NCBI GenBank assembly: GCA_043228905.1
Contig: JBHGNT010000001.1
Span: forward strand, 1,860,001 to 1,924,000
Source: Azolla caroliniana
Lineage: Eukaryota; Plantae; Polypodiophyta
Reading direction: 5' to 3'
DNA length: 64,000 bases
Position numbers and translations under genes: made by a program. Below, in pieces: positions 49,575 to 63,299 of the stretch (positions within the stretch are counted from its first letter, which is position 1; every line of letters begins with the position of its first letter). Under the pieces are notes generated by a model, which worked only from the letters and a program-made list of their open reading frames with translations, searched no databases and was not told the origin of the DNA.

Positions 49575-52500
49575 CTATACCAAGGGCTCACTCCCAAGTA
49601 ACTTTTCAGAAACTTTCAATAAAGACATCTCTGCTGAGATCTCTTTCCTCGGCAAAGTCCTGGTCGCAACTTTGCTGCTAAGACTCTTATGGATGTTCAT
49701 AAACTTCTCCTGAAGCCTTTCTACCTGGAAGAAAAACGGAGTCATCAGTCAGTCATAGGTAGTTTCATAACAAGGGTATAATTCTTTTCAGTATTTATTC
49801 ATCCATAAAACTCTACTTAATCTTAGTATCATTGTCTAAGTGTGTAAAAACGTGCACATGTGATGCATACAAGAAAGACAGCAATAGGAATCAACTATAT
49901 ATAATATATACTTTTTTCATCTCAAACTCAAGGTCAATTCTTTGTTGTTCCAATGCTCGGCGTGCTTGGACAACATCGAATACACTATCAAGGTCCTCCT
50001 CAAAGGCAGCTTCAAGATCATCCCGTAGCAATGCGGGGAACTTCTCCACTACTGGCATTAGGAAAAAGCAGTTGAACTGTGGAAAATAAGCCATTAAAAA
50101 ATGGTCAAAATAGAGATTCTTAATCATATTACAAAAGCGTAGGCATTCATTTGTCAGGTGTGCATTACTTCTTTCAGTATCATGTTCGAGAATAAATAAA
50201 TAAATGGTACCGCAAATAAATTATTTTGCTTTAGGAAATGTGCTTATAATTACATTATAACAAGAATATATGAATAGATGGTGCTAAAACAAACAGGAAA
50301 AACGTACCCATGGATATTCAACAAGATTTTATGAAATTACAGTAACAAAATATATCAGGCTTACCAAATAAATTCGATATAACTTAGGCTAAAGTTAGGT
50401 AGCATATATGTATAAATCCTAGGTTGCGCAGTCAATATGCTTCTAAAAGTAATATCACTCATCTACAATTACAAATCACCTTAGCCCAATGCAGTCCTAG
50501 GTTGTACACTCACTATACTCATAAAGGTAATATTACTCATTCATAATTTCCAAATCATCTTAGACCTATATGCAGCAACACAAAAGAGGAAAAAAGAATG
50601 CATTGCATTGGGAGATTTTTCGATACCTTTAATTCAGCAGCGGTCACAAAATGATCCCGAATACCATCAAAGATTTGAGCAACAAGTGTGTTCACAATCT
50701 CCTCCGAGGAAGGGGCCAACCTCCGGTTCCAAAGAGTACTCTCAAGGAGGTCTACCAATCTCGCCTGAGTTGTCTGGTTATTGTTTGTCTCGATGGTAGA
50801 GGCAGAGGGATTTCCTTTAAATTCTTGACGTGATTTATTGGTATCTTGTTTGTTCCCACTCCCTACAGATGACGGAATTGACACATCGGAACCTTGGGTC
50901 ATACCACCATTCATACTCAAACCTGAGGAAGAATCACTTGTTGGAAAGGTATCAAGGAATTGGTGCAACCCTGATCGGTTCTGCATTACAACCGTAATAC
51001 ATGTTCTCACCAAAATCAATCACCCTTCTTCACAAAAGCTTAAAAATAAAAGTAATAGCATGATACTTCTTTTTCTTTAAAAATGTTTTAAAACCAAATG
51101 CAAGTACCTTGTTGTGCAATGACCAGGTAACATAGCGTGTTGTGCTCATAAGATCCTCCATACATCTAGATGAGAAGATATATGGATTCAAAAACTGGAT
51201 AACTACTGAGCTCAAAACATTCAAAACATATAGATTCAATAAATAAACCAGGAAAGAATGTTGGTCTACACCAAATAATGGTAAATCTGTATTATTTTTG
51301 TATGCCAAATAATGGCTAGGAGTTTCAACCCAGCTTCCAAGCTCTTTTGAACATTTTCTAATGAGATTCATAATCTGACCAGCAGCATCTTTGGCTATAC
51401 CAGTTTGTACCAGAAATGAATGACGGCAAGGGGATTCATACTCTCAACATGGGATACACCAGATTAACCTGATTACTGGCATCTTTAGCTACTACATTGT
51501 GTCAGAAAGAATGAAAGAATGATATTCTGATAACTATAGGCCAATATGTCTACGAGACCAAAGCATTCTTTACAAATGTTCACAACTGATGTATCTCATC
51601 ATTACAAAATAAAAGAATAAATCAAGTGGGCACTTCAAACAACAAAAACTCACACTTCAAACAATAAAATGATAAATAGAGTGTCTCATCAAACGAAATA
51701 AAATAATAAATAAAATGAGTACTTTTCTCTGCATCCACGTTCAGTTGTCTCAACAAATGTGTGGAAAGCAGCGGAAACACGCTTCATAAACATGTTATGT
51801 CCACTCAGGTATTCACCATCTTTCTGTAGAAATAAAAAAATACAAAAGATGAGGCAATCAAAATAAGAAAATCAACTAGAAAAACAAAAATAACTGACCT
51901 GTAATAAATAAAGTGCAATTGGCAGAAGCCTCCTCAATATGTGTGAGAGGCGAAACCCCAACTGGAAAATCAGAAATATTTTGGCTTAAATATAAAAACA
52001 CTACTAACTTGCAGTAACAAATATGTTATTATATATTTTACAATACAGAGAAACAATATTGAGCTTTTTGTTGTGTGTAACTTTGCTAAAAACCATAGCT
52101 TACATAAACTGTACAGAGAATATGTTAATCTTATTATTATTAGCATTTGATGCATACATACTTGGTAAAGGAATGGTTCAAAGACATCTCTTGCTTTTGC
52201 TACAGCTATCACACAAGCAGTCCTGATGCAGAAAAGAAAAAACAGTTAAACAAGTGTGTTTTGTACAACACAAAATGCAAGCAGCCAATCATCAAAAGAC
52301 CTAAAATAGTTTGTCCCATCATGAATATCTTCAACACCGCATGCATTCACTATTTCTTCTCTGGTTATTGCCGGGCATTTCATACTACCAACCACAAAAC
52401 GGAACTCAGCCATCGCTCTATGATATTGAGCACCACCATATAATCGCATTCCTGCATTCTAGCCAAGATAATAAACTGAATAAGTAGCTGAATCCCTATC

Positions 52501-55500
52501 TATTTCATGTTTCTTTTTTCCACAAGCCTAACTACAAGACAATTTGAGGATTGAACGGTACATACGTATGTAGATAGATACATAGACGTATGCATACAGA
52601 GGAAGTACTATTCATTTCTTACTGGCATGTATTTGAATGGCATCTGAAGGCCATCACTTCCAACAAAAGCTCCACCATTTACACGCTCATCTTGTAGCAT
52701 TTCCCCTGTGCACATAATATAACAGCATACAGCATTGTCACATAAAGTAAAATCATCTTTTATATGAGGGGTTTAGCATAACATTTAAGAATAAATAAGA
52801 AAAAGAAAAACAATTTAGTACTACCAAATTTTTCAGGTGGTGCAACCACTGTCCCTTTCAGTAGCAGAGACAACTGTAAAATAGGTAAGAAATACATCAA
52901 AACGTTGTCAAAGTATTCTCATATCCTCAAAAACCACAGGCATCATGCAATTTTCCTTGAGAAGACTTCACAAGCACGGAGAAGAAAGTAAACAAAGCAA
53001 AACTTGAAGACTAAGAATTGTTTTCTCTACCAATGATTGTGGTACTGCTTTCTCAAGAAATAACCATTTACAAGATCAACACAAAAAATAGCCAGCCTCC
53101 ATACCTTAGCCAAAAAGGAGTCTCTAAAAAGGCGGCCTCTTTCCTTGAGTCTTACTTCATCAAGCTCGCTGCAAAGTAAAACCAAACTTCAAGAGTCAGC
53201 TCTTTATACCAGAATTTCAATATCAAGAACTCAGGATAGAAGCTTTCATGCATTATAGATGAATACTGACAAGGACTCACCCAAGATCCTGATTTGTTTG
53301 CTGAAGCTTTCTTGATGCGTTGCGATACTCCCTATCCAATAGGGGTACAATTAAAGGTACACTTTCCAAATACCTATAGCCATGTACAAATGAATTTCCG
53401 TGATAAAAAGCACGTCCCCCTAATCAACAACACTCCGTGCAACAAACAAACACCATATTACATAACTCACAAGCATGCCATTACCGTTGCTGTAAAATTT
53501 GTTCCAAGAACCACCTCAACCTGCTAACACCAACATGATCACGTTCATCGGAAGACAAAGCACGATCCAACTTTTCTTCTAGCATAGTTACGTCTTGTGC
53601 TTCCCTCATTGCAATTGCCTACATGAGAAAATTATAGGAAATTACAATCAATATTCAAGGTAGATTATTGGAAACTCTGTCATCGCCTGAAAATCTTAAA
53701 TGCCGAAACAACATGCATTTAGAGTAAACAGAATTTTAAATGCAGTAAAAACATAAATTTAGCATATATTAATTTTTTAATTTTGGGAAAAGATACATTT
53801 AGAGCCAAATCTCACATAGCTTGCTAAACTGCTAGTTCCAATGTTGAATATCTACAGAAATATTAAAGAGGAACATGAGAGCACTGTCATAAGCCTCCCT
53901 CAAGGTTTCTTTCACTTGCTTGTAGATTGTGTCACTCAACCAATGAACATGTCAACTGTAAATCATCCATATTGCCCAAGAACCATTTCTTTTTAGTGAT
54001 GGCATATGATTAATTAGAAAGTGATTATCATTGTGCAAGGAATCTTAATGATGACCTGGACTACGAATTGACCCATAATCCATAGCTCACTTCTCATTTG
54101 TTTTAATTATGGGTGCACTTTATCTTAAATTAAATTTCTTGTAGCTCATTATAAAGCAAGTCATTCGTCTGTGTATTGAAATCCTTTAAACTTATGCTAA
54201 TTATTGAAGGATTACTACAGCCTTTCAAAGCTCAAATGCCAACATTGAAAGGGGTAAAATATTTCTTCCAGATGAGCCCCAAATAGTAATTGAACTATCA
54301 TGTCAAAGATTGCAACTTTAGCCTGACACATGTGTCCCGGAACTACTTAAATAAACAAATATGGATAAGATAACACCTCAAGATCCAAAAGAGATGTGAG
54401 CAGAGAAGTCAAAAATGCTTCAACATAAGTGTAAGATTTGACATCATGATACAGGCTTTGCAGTGATCAAGAAAGCCACAATAAAGAATAAACAGTATGT
54501 TCATTACATTGATTCCCAGAAGAAAAGAGTTTGGATCAAATGCAAAATCATAAATAAAAAATGGAAATCTTTCTGTGTGAAGCACATACCTCTCTAAACT
54601 GATCATTAGACCTATAAACTGAATCTCTTCCACCACCAACTCTTCCAGAAGGCACAGAAGTGAAAAATGGAGTGTCACCTAGAATGTTACCATCCAATAA
54701 GCGATGTGGTGGTTTGAGAAATAGTTCAACATCTGCAGCACGTGCAAATTGTGGGATCCTTGTATCCAGTTTAGTGGATACAATCACAGTTCTCGAAAGT
54801 TCTTGATCCATCTGGTAAGTACACAAAGAAATTCATTAGCATTCTATTTTCCTGATAAAAGACATAAAAGAAAACCTGTTCACGACTAAAATATGCCTGA
54901 CACAAAGGAATTGTAATAACACTGAATGACCAAGCTTTAATATGCAACCATGCCAGCCCAAGAACTGATGAGTCAAGTTGTTTCTTTACAAAATGAAAAC
55001 TAATATCGAGAAGACATAGTTTACAAAAGAACTAATCGAGAAAGAAGTTTTTCTGTAGTCACTTCTTCAAAAAGAAGATAGAACATATCAAGAAAAGGGT
55101 TTAAAGGGATATGCTCGAACCCATCATAAAAGTTGAGAATATAAACTATTCTCCGCAAAATGGAATTGGGTGCGGGAAAAGAAATCCGTTTGCACTCTAT
55201 ATCGAGAAGTTTCATGATTCATCAATTAACATTGATGAATCCAATGCTAGTTGTTTTCAAATTTCACAAATGTACAAACCCCCTAGCCAAATAGAAACTT
55301 GAGAACAGACAACGAAGAGAAGATGGATGAACTCCTGTGAAGCAAGAATGGAGGAAGCTTACTGTTCGTATTAAAGCAGCTTACCCTGTAAACAGGTAAA
55401 GTGCAATGAGCAGGTTACCAGATATCCAACAAATGTTACAGCATTTGGTCCACATTTTTGGACAGTCCAAAATTCATGAAAATAAAGGTAAAAAATAGTT

Positions 55501-58500
55501 CATTGTACTGTGGTAGAAAAGATATGGAAAAAGTCCCAAAGAAAGTTAAGGATAACAGAAAGCTATCATTGATTGCCCTCATCTTGTGGGATATGGTTGG
55601 ATTGCTAACAGTTACCTCTCATTTCTTTTTATTTACTAGTTGATATATGATTTGATTCTGTTAATTACATAATTAGGAGCAATCTTCAAAATAAGGTACC
55701 AAAATCACTGCAAGAAAAAAAAACTAGCTATGAAAACCTAAAAACACTAGTTAAATCAAAGAAGGTGACAACACAACAGCTCATTTGTCCAGAGATCCTG
55801 GAAAGAAACCGAATGAATAATTGCTATCTCTAAATTACTATCATCAAAAAATTACCATTGTGATAGAAGCATAAATATGCTGAACATGCAAAATGCCTTA
55901 CGGAAAATGAAAAAACTAGCTCTAGACGGAGAAAGAACGTAGACCCTATCCACTCTATGGCAATGAGGTAAAGTCTATGCATACTTTTTCCATAAAATGC
56001 TGTGACTTGTAATTTGATGAATTGGAGGTGGTGCTCGACAAAACATCTGCAAATCCAAAACGTCACTGGGATGATATATCATTTGTACTTCACTACTAGC
56101 AGGAACCATGTTGATCCAATGGAGGATGTGCTGAAGACACAATGGGCATGTCCACATGACAACATGATTGCTTAGGTTAGGACAGAACAAGTGCAATAAG
56201 AGGCATATCCATGGACTTAGAAACCAGTGGAAACTTTTGGCATCTAAAACCTCATTGGGATGGTATATTATCTATACTTCATTACTAGAGAGAAGCCGAT
56301 TGATAAATGGACGTTGTGCTGAAGACGCTATGGGTATGTCCACATAAAAAGGCTTAACCTAGGCAAGTCCAGTAAGATGACCATTGGAAACTTTTGACTT
56401 AAGACCTGCAAAGATGCGGCGCATCAAAATCAATATCAGGCTGATTAACCTTGTAATCCTTTATAATATTCCTACTTCAATGCCACCCCCACAATGCTGA
56501 AAATCGCATCATTTCATAATGTATGTGCATTACAGTAAAAAGCTGTGGAAGTATACAAAAAGCTCGTGAGAAATACTTTTAAAGGAGTACGGAAGGTATT
56601 GACGTCAATTATCAGCGCGAAATGTAATTAAAATACCTGCATCACAACTCTCCTTGTCGTTGCATTGCTCCAGTCACTGCAATCTTCAAGGCATAGGATA
56701 ATGAACTCTTTGCTCTGCATCTTCGTGCGAACCAATGCCTCTACTGCCCTTGCTTGTGCCTAAAAGATAAGTTTTCAGCCACACAAATCTCGTTACTCAT
56801 TAGGATGAAATGTGCATATTCATTTGGATGTACCTGAAGTAATTGATTTTTCCGACTAGGTGGAGCTGCGATAAGACCAGGTGTATCGATAATCGTGAGA
56901 TTAGGGCAATACTTGTATTCTATCTTCACTATAATCTCCTTGGCTGAAAATTGGCAAGGATCCCTTTCTAGCCTCAGATTTTCTGCTTCTATATACACCT
57001 GTAAGTTGCCATTGGGAGGCAGCATTAACGAACCTAATGTTACTCATCTACTGAAAAGAACTTGAAATATTAAAATATAATCACGTTAAAATATAGTTCT
57101 TAGGATGAGTATAAAAGTTTCTCCGCGGTTATTCCCTCATCCATATCATTTTTTAAAAATATTTAAAATCAATATTGATTACTCCTATTTTTTCTTTCAC
57201 AAAACAATTATTACCCACTTCAAATTTTCACAAAACTCCCATGGGCAAAGAATGCATCATACAATATGCTTTCTCTTCTACTTTTGAAGGACAGATCCAC
57301 TGGGCAATGTAGTTATTTTTCTGAGTGAAAAATAATGAGTTTTGATTTTCTTTTTTATTGAATATGTATGCAATGGTTTCAAATGTTCTCCCTCTGTATC
57401 TCCATGCAATGATTTTCTCGCATTTGCTCATTTGTTTCTTCTCTCTATATTGAATATTGTGCTCAGCTCCTGCACCAGCAAGAAGCCCTTGGGAGTCCCA
57501 ATAGATATGCAATGGGAAATCTATGAACAATATGAACCAGTGATAGGAACAATATGAATCACTGGGTTGTCAAATGTTATGGCTAAAACTATTGGAAAAA
57601 ACAAGGATCCCACGATCACCTACTCTCATTGGCCTTTATATAGATGAAACATCTAACTCCATACAAAGATATGGTGCTTCAAGGCCATGCTTAGCAAATG
57701 TAGACAGAAATATTACTATATGTTGATCACGTTGTGTTGATATCTGACCCTCCAGAGGGACTACAAAGATATTTAAATGCTTTAAAGTCATTTTGTATAG
57801 ATAAAGATTTATCAGTCAATTTTGAAAAAATGAAAGTGATGGTGTTAAACACCATTCCAATGTGGGTAACAAGATCAGAACTGGAAGTTTTCTTGGGAGA
57901 GGAAAAGGTGCCATACATAGAATCCTACACATATTTAGATGTACCAATCACAAGGCCTCTGTTCTCCAAATGAAGGCTGCCCTTGCTAGACTTGCTCGTG
58001 GATATGTGCTTGTAGAGGTTCCAAGAGCCACGAATTAAATTGTACTGGTTTTATGCACTTGTAACACTAACTCTTCTATATGGAATAGATATTCAGGCCT
58101 GAGACTTCAAAAGGCAAGTAACCGGAAGCTTTGGAGAGACCTTTCGTCTTGATGATTGCCCACATTATAAGGATCAGAGCACTAGTGCTCCAAGATAAAT
58201 TGCGGGCGGAGATCAGAGTAGCCCCAGTGACTGGGCATTATTCAAATTAATGACCGGTATCCAAAGGATCCGAAAGCTGCATCTGCACTCAAAACCGGCA
58301 CTTACATCCTCGAAACAGCTTGCTAAACATTGAGATAATTGTTGTTAGTATGCTCAAATGCAAGAATGGTTTCAATATCATGGCATAAACATAAATGTGC
58401 AGGACCCATTCCAATATAGCTTTGATTGTCCACACCTAAACATGACTAGCGTGGCAAAGAATAGATTGATGTGAACCAATATCATTAAATTAGATCATGA

Positions 58501-60503
58501 AAGAACACAGATCAACCCCACAACATCTCTAGGTAGGAGATGACCAATTATAAGCCACTCTTTTTACACATCACATGGTGGGCTTATCATCAAACCTCTC
58601 ATGTGGATACAGATCTATCTCATGCTCTCAACAAAGTGATAAGGCACCTTAAGACCTTTTCACATCACTTAGAAACTGAGATACGTAGATATGGCTACAA
58701 ATTTATTGAAGACCACATCTGCCAATTGTGCCTTCAAGGGGTGGAATTGGAAAAACACTATGACTGCAGTTGTGTTTTTTCTTTAAGAGGGAGATACCAT
58801 TTCCACTTCAAACAAGACTTTAGCCCAGTACGTAAAGCAATGGAATATGAAGATCATTAGTGCTTGTGTGTATTCTTGCTAAAACTCTAGAGACAATAGA
58901 AAGAAGATTTTGTACGCGAAAATAACCACAGCAGCTGATCAACAAACAATCATCATAACTTTCTTTGGGTTCATCACTCCTCATATTGTAAGTCAATCAA
59001 GCCTACAGAAGTGGGGTTTCAACCAAGACCATAGATCAGCCTATAGCAATGTGTCGTGCACATAGTCCATAGACCATAGCCCCGTCACCATTGTCATCAA
59101 CCAACAGAGGCCATTATCACCCAGCACCAAAAGTGCTTTATTTGCTTCAGAGATCTTTGCATTTTGGCGCAACTCACGTTGAGGATTATCCAAAATGCGA
59201 AGTTTAAATCCATCCATGTTCCAAACCTTAAGAGCTTAAATAAGTAGATTCTTTAGTAATCTATGTTTATTTGGTTTATTGTTCATTTAAGATGTAATTT
59301 CTTGTTCGATCCTATATAGAACATTTTTGGCCTCTCAAAAGAAGTTAATCTTTCTCTCTTTCTTTCTTTCTTTCTTTCTTTCTCCAACATCTATCACATA
59401 TTCCTTTATCTCTTTCTCTCGGAGTAATCCATAGCAAACCACTCACATGTATTGACTTTTATTCATTCTCTTTCCTACTTTTTCAAAATGTAATGACTTC
59501 TATCATACATTTGATTTCTCTCTCTCTGAATTACTAATCCTTAGGGAAACCTGTGTATTGACCTTAGATAGTATATGTAAAATGACAAGATATATATCAA
59601 CATCCAAACCTGCAATTCCTCTAGAGATTTTTCTTCATCGCCAGAGTCAGAGACCAGATAACAAACGGGTTCCAAGCAAGTGGCATTATATTTCATGTGA
59701 AGAGTAATGGGTCTTCTAGTCTTGGTTCCTCCACCAACATGATTGAATTGGAAGCCCATGAGTGCTTCGACAAGAGCACTTTTTCCATCAGTTTGATGAC
59801 CCACAACGAGTATAGCGGGGGCATCGAATGGCTTCCGGAAGCTTTGGGCGAGGCAATGCAAATCATTGTACGCTTCATAAAGCTTCTCATTGAAGTTGAA
59901 AGGAAAGACGGAGGTAGAACCATTCTCACCTCGTCCATCATTCCCTCTTCCTTCTCCATCTTGCTCTCCTCTTTCTGGGCCATAAAGTTGATTGTTCCCA
60001 TGTCCATATTGGTTATTGTTACTTCTCAGTTCTCTGTATTCTTCATTGTTGATTCCTCTTCTTTCTTGTCCAATTTGCTCTTGATTCTGGTGTTCATATT
60101 TGTTGGGGGGGGCAGTTTCCATGCGAAAGCTCTCTGTTTGCATGTTTGGGGCAACCGAATAGGCCTTTGGGAATGGATTCGAAGCAGAGGTATAAATAGA
60201 TGCATGAAAATACCCTGTTTTAGGTGGGCCTCCACCTCTATTGTTACCCAAAACAGATCCAAATCCATAGAGACCAGAAGGAGGAGATCCATTCAAAATG
60301 TTATTGTTAGTGTTAAGGTTAGGCGTATTTGGGATATTAGGGTTAGGGTTGGGGTTGGGGTTCGTAGGCCAAATGGAGTGTGTAGGGGAAGAGCTAGTGG
60401 ACGAATGAGGTGAATCGTTAGTAACACTACCTGCGTGAGAAGCAATCCATCGCTCCGCAACTCCAGCTCGAGCTTCTTGCAAAGAAGAAGAAGAAGAAGC
60501 CAT
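49575..60503 (-). CDS. ARC5: Dynamin-related protein 5B / ARC5 (chloroplast and peroxisome division), 17 exons, ~978 aa
   Basis: Exons 60503-59610, 56998-56834, 56759-56637, 54811-54590, 53618-53485, 53373-53281, 53168-53105, 52873-52825, 52705-52623, 52458-52301, 52222-52162, 51961-51899, 51823-51723, 51165-51108, 50980-50627, 50076-49912, 49724-49575 (GT-AG, phases consistent). DRP5B-type LYEAYNDLH...GHQTDGKSALVEALMGFQFNHVGGGTKTRRP, DTPG, TKLD and RLYGGAQYHRAM. Confidence 0.95.
56050..56400. repeat. Diverged ~189-bp tandem duplication in ARC5 intron 3
   Basis: aaaac.tca.tgggatg.tatat... and tgtgctgaagac....tggg.atgtccacat each occur twice, 189 bp apart. Confidence 0.7.
57480..59385 (+). 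mobile_element. 5'-truncated, decayed non-LTR retrotransposon (RTEX/L2-like) in ARC5 intron 1, antisense to the gene
   Basis: QG..SPTL.GLYIDE (~57600), LLYVDHVVLIS (decayed YADD), EGLQRYLNAL..FC....LSVN..KMKVM, C-terminal SHHLETEIRR...CQLC...E..HYDC, and a (TTTC)n tail at ~59350-59383. Confidence 0.75.
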
Positions 60504-60840
60504 GGTAACTGGAAAAGAATGGTCTTTTTCTTCTCCTTCTTCTTCTTCTTCTTCTTCACAGCAGGAGGAATGAGGAGGGAAATCACAGCAGCAGAGAGAG
60601 GGATGGCGATGGCGATGGCGAGGTGGGCAGAGCTCGCCCTTATCCGCCAGCGCTTCTTCTATCTCTCCGACTCTCTGTCTACGCCTCCATTTATCGCTAT
60701 ATCTCTTAAGGGTTCTTCTTCTTCTTCTTCTTCTTCTTCTTCTTCTTCTTCTTCAGTGTTTCTGTCTTTCTAAAGTATTAAAGCTCTTACTTAACATAAT
60801 ACAATGAGTTAAAACTTAATAGAGTGTTATCCTGTATTCC

Positions 60841-60852
60841 AACATACATACA

Positions 60853-60906
<54 letters not shown>

Positions 60907-60908
60907 CA
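60841..60908. repeat. (ATAC)n microsatellite upstream of ARC5
   Basis: Seen directly. Confidence 0.9.
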
Positions 60909-63299
60909 TTGATTTGTGTTATTGGGCTGGCTACTGTCTACATACATATCGATCCAAGGTCATGGGTTCAATCCCTCCATTTGCTCCACCACATCTTTGT
61001 TTACACACGAAACACTATGATGCCACATTAGTGTATCGAACAAATGACCTCCTCGACCACCCTTCAAAGACTCTATAGAGCCATCTCACAAATGTGGCCT
61101 CCTCACCTCACAACCTCAACTCTCCCCTCTCCCTCCCCTCTAGGGTTTTGTTTCCTTCCTAAAATCTTGTTTATCCTTTAAGAATCTAAGAATAGCCCTA
61201 CATTTTCCTTCACCTCCCAAGATGCCCTTGAGTTCTCAATATCTCTCCTATCGCACATATAGTTGAGCGGCATTGACCATACAATAATCAAATAGCTCAT
61301 ATGTGATGGTAAATATATTTGGGGGAAATGAGATAAAGTTTAGTTTGGTAAATGACAAAAACTTGTAGATGTTTTGGGGAAACAATAGAAACTTTGTAGC
61401 ATTTGGAGATAATAAAGAAAAACTCATGGCATTTCAAACTCTTCCTATGTACCTTGTTTGTATCTCCTCATATTTCGCCTTGCTTACCTACCTCTATTTT
61501 TTCACTTGGGTCCACAATCTTATCTTTTCCATGATGTGAGCCCAAATTATCTGTTTTTCTCTCTCTTCTTCCAAAATATTGGACCAATGCATTTCTCTTC
61601 TCTCTCTTATCATCACACATTATATAACAAAGCATGTGTAATAGCAACTTTAGCAATTGGAGGCCACATCTTCTTGGGAACCTGCTATCTTCAAGTGTAG
61701 ATGATATGTGTTGAGCTCCATGTGGTATTACTAGACAATAATACATCATGATCATATGTAATGTTATCAAGTTTCTATCAATTTCTCTCTCTCAAAAGCC
61801 CATCTCAAACATTCGAGGATGCTGAAAAATATCTATCAATCTATTTATCGCTAGTATTATTTTTGTTCTTTTATATCTAGCTCTCTCTCTCTCTCTCCAA
61901 CCACAATATGAAGTCTCAATTGCAACATTCATTGCTAAAGTTCTTGAACATAGAGAGTCGTTGTATCATGTGAAATGTAATATTTTTGGTCTCATAGGTC
62001 ATATTTGACCTTCAAAGACAATAATAGAATCTATCTATCTCTTTAAGGTTATTATATTTTCTTCCACAATATTGAGCCAATTTATCTTCTTCTTTTCGAA
62101 AATAATATATATTGATATTTTAATAACTCTCTTCTCTAAAGATTAGGCATCCTTCATTTCTACGTATAGCCAAGTTCCAAAAAATTTGATTTTCATAAAT
62201 TACCTTTACATTACTCCATTTTCTATAATATGAGTTAAGCATATCTTTTACCTTTTACATATCTTTTCACACATTAAACAAATATTTTCACCTATTTCTT
62301 TCTTACTCATGAATATTTGTTCGTAAGATGTGTACATGTTAGTAATTGATTTCATAAATATGGAGAACTTGTTTATGAAAGTATAGTTTGCATCTGAGCT
62401 GGATACTTGATGGGTGAAGATGAATCATCAGTTAGTATATTACAAATCTCTACGCCATGATGAGGAAGAAAATATTAAAACTTGGGACGCAATTATGTGA
62501 AAGTAGTGGACAATATTGCACCTTGTGTCACAACCAATAAGGAGTGCTCATCAACATGCATGTACAATGGTTGCATTTGTTAGGTGTAAGTAAATCATTA
62601 AGGTTTAGATTTGTTCTATAAACTATTAATTAGATACACCAGCACCATGAATGTCCTTTCTTCTAGTTAGAAAGAGCGATGGAGAATATACTGCAAAGGT
62701 CCATAACTCCTTGTGATTTTTGGTCCTTGATGGCACAAACAATTTGGGAAGACTTCACAATTTATCACAAACCAGAGAGAATGAGCAATATATTAACTTC
62801 GTATATGAGAGAGAAACAACTGATGAGATCGTATGAGAGATTACATTTGAAAACATTGCCCCGTCTCATACAACTAAAAATATATGAAATGAAACAGGAA
62901 CATATTCAAAAATAACATAATGGACCTATAGAACTAATAAATATACATCCTTTCCAATAAACTTTAATCTGTCATCAATATACATCTCAAGGAAGGCCAT
63001 AATCAAGTTAAAGAACTAAAAAAAGTCCACTCTTTCCACTAAACTCCAATGCATCATCAATATTGAAGCACAAGGTAAATCGATGTTCATTTACAAAATT
63101 ATGAAATTTTCGGTTTCTTAAGTTGGTGGGCATTCTGGTTAGACAAACCAGACCAAAGTTTTAACAAAATGTACGTTCAAAATGAAATGTATACATATAT
63201 GTACAGCCAAAATGAAGAATATGCACCTTAATGGTGTTCATTTCAAACACTGTTAATGACAAATATTAGTGATGATTACAAAATTTCTCCATTTACCTT

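Noticed and set aside
56050-56400. Intronic snoRNA pair
   Set aside because: No convincing C/D or H/ACA boxes on the ARC5 sense strand.
59697-60413. 238-aa plus-strand ORF
   Set aside because: Antisense shadow of ARC5 exon 1 with no recognisable motifs.
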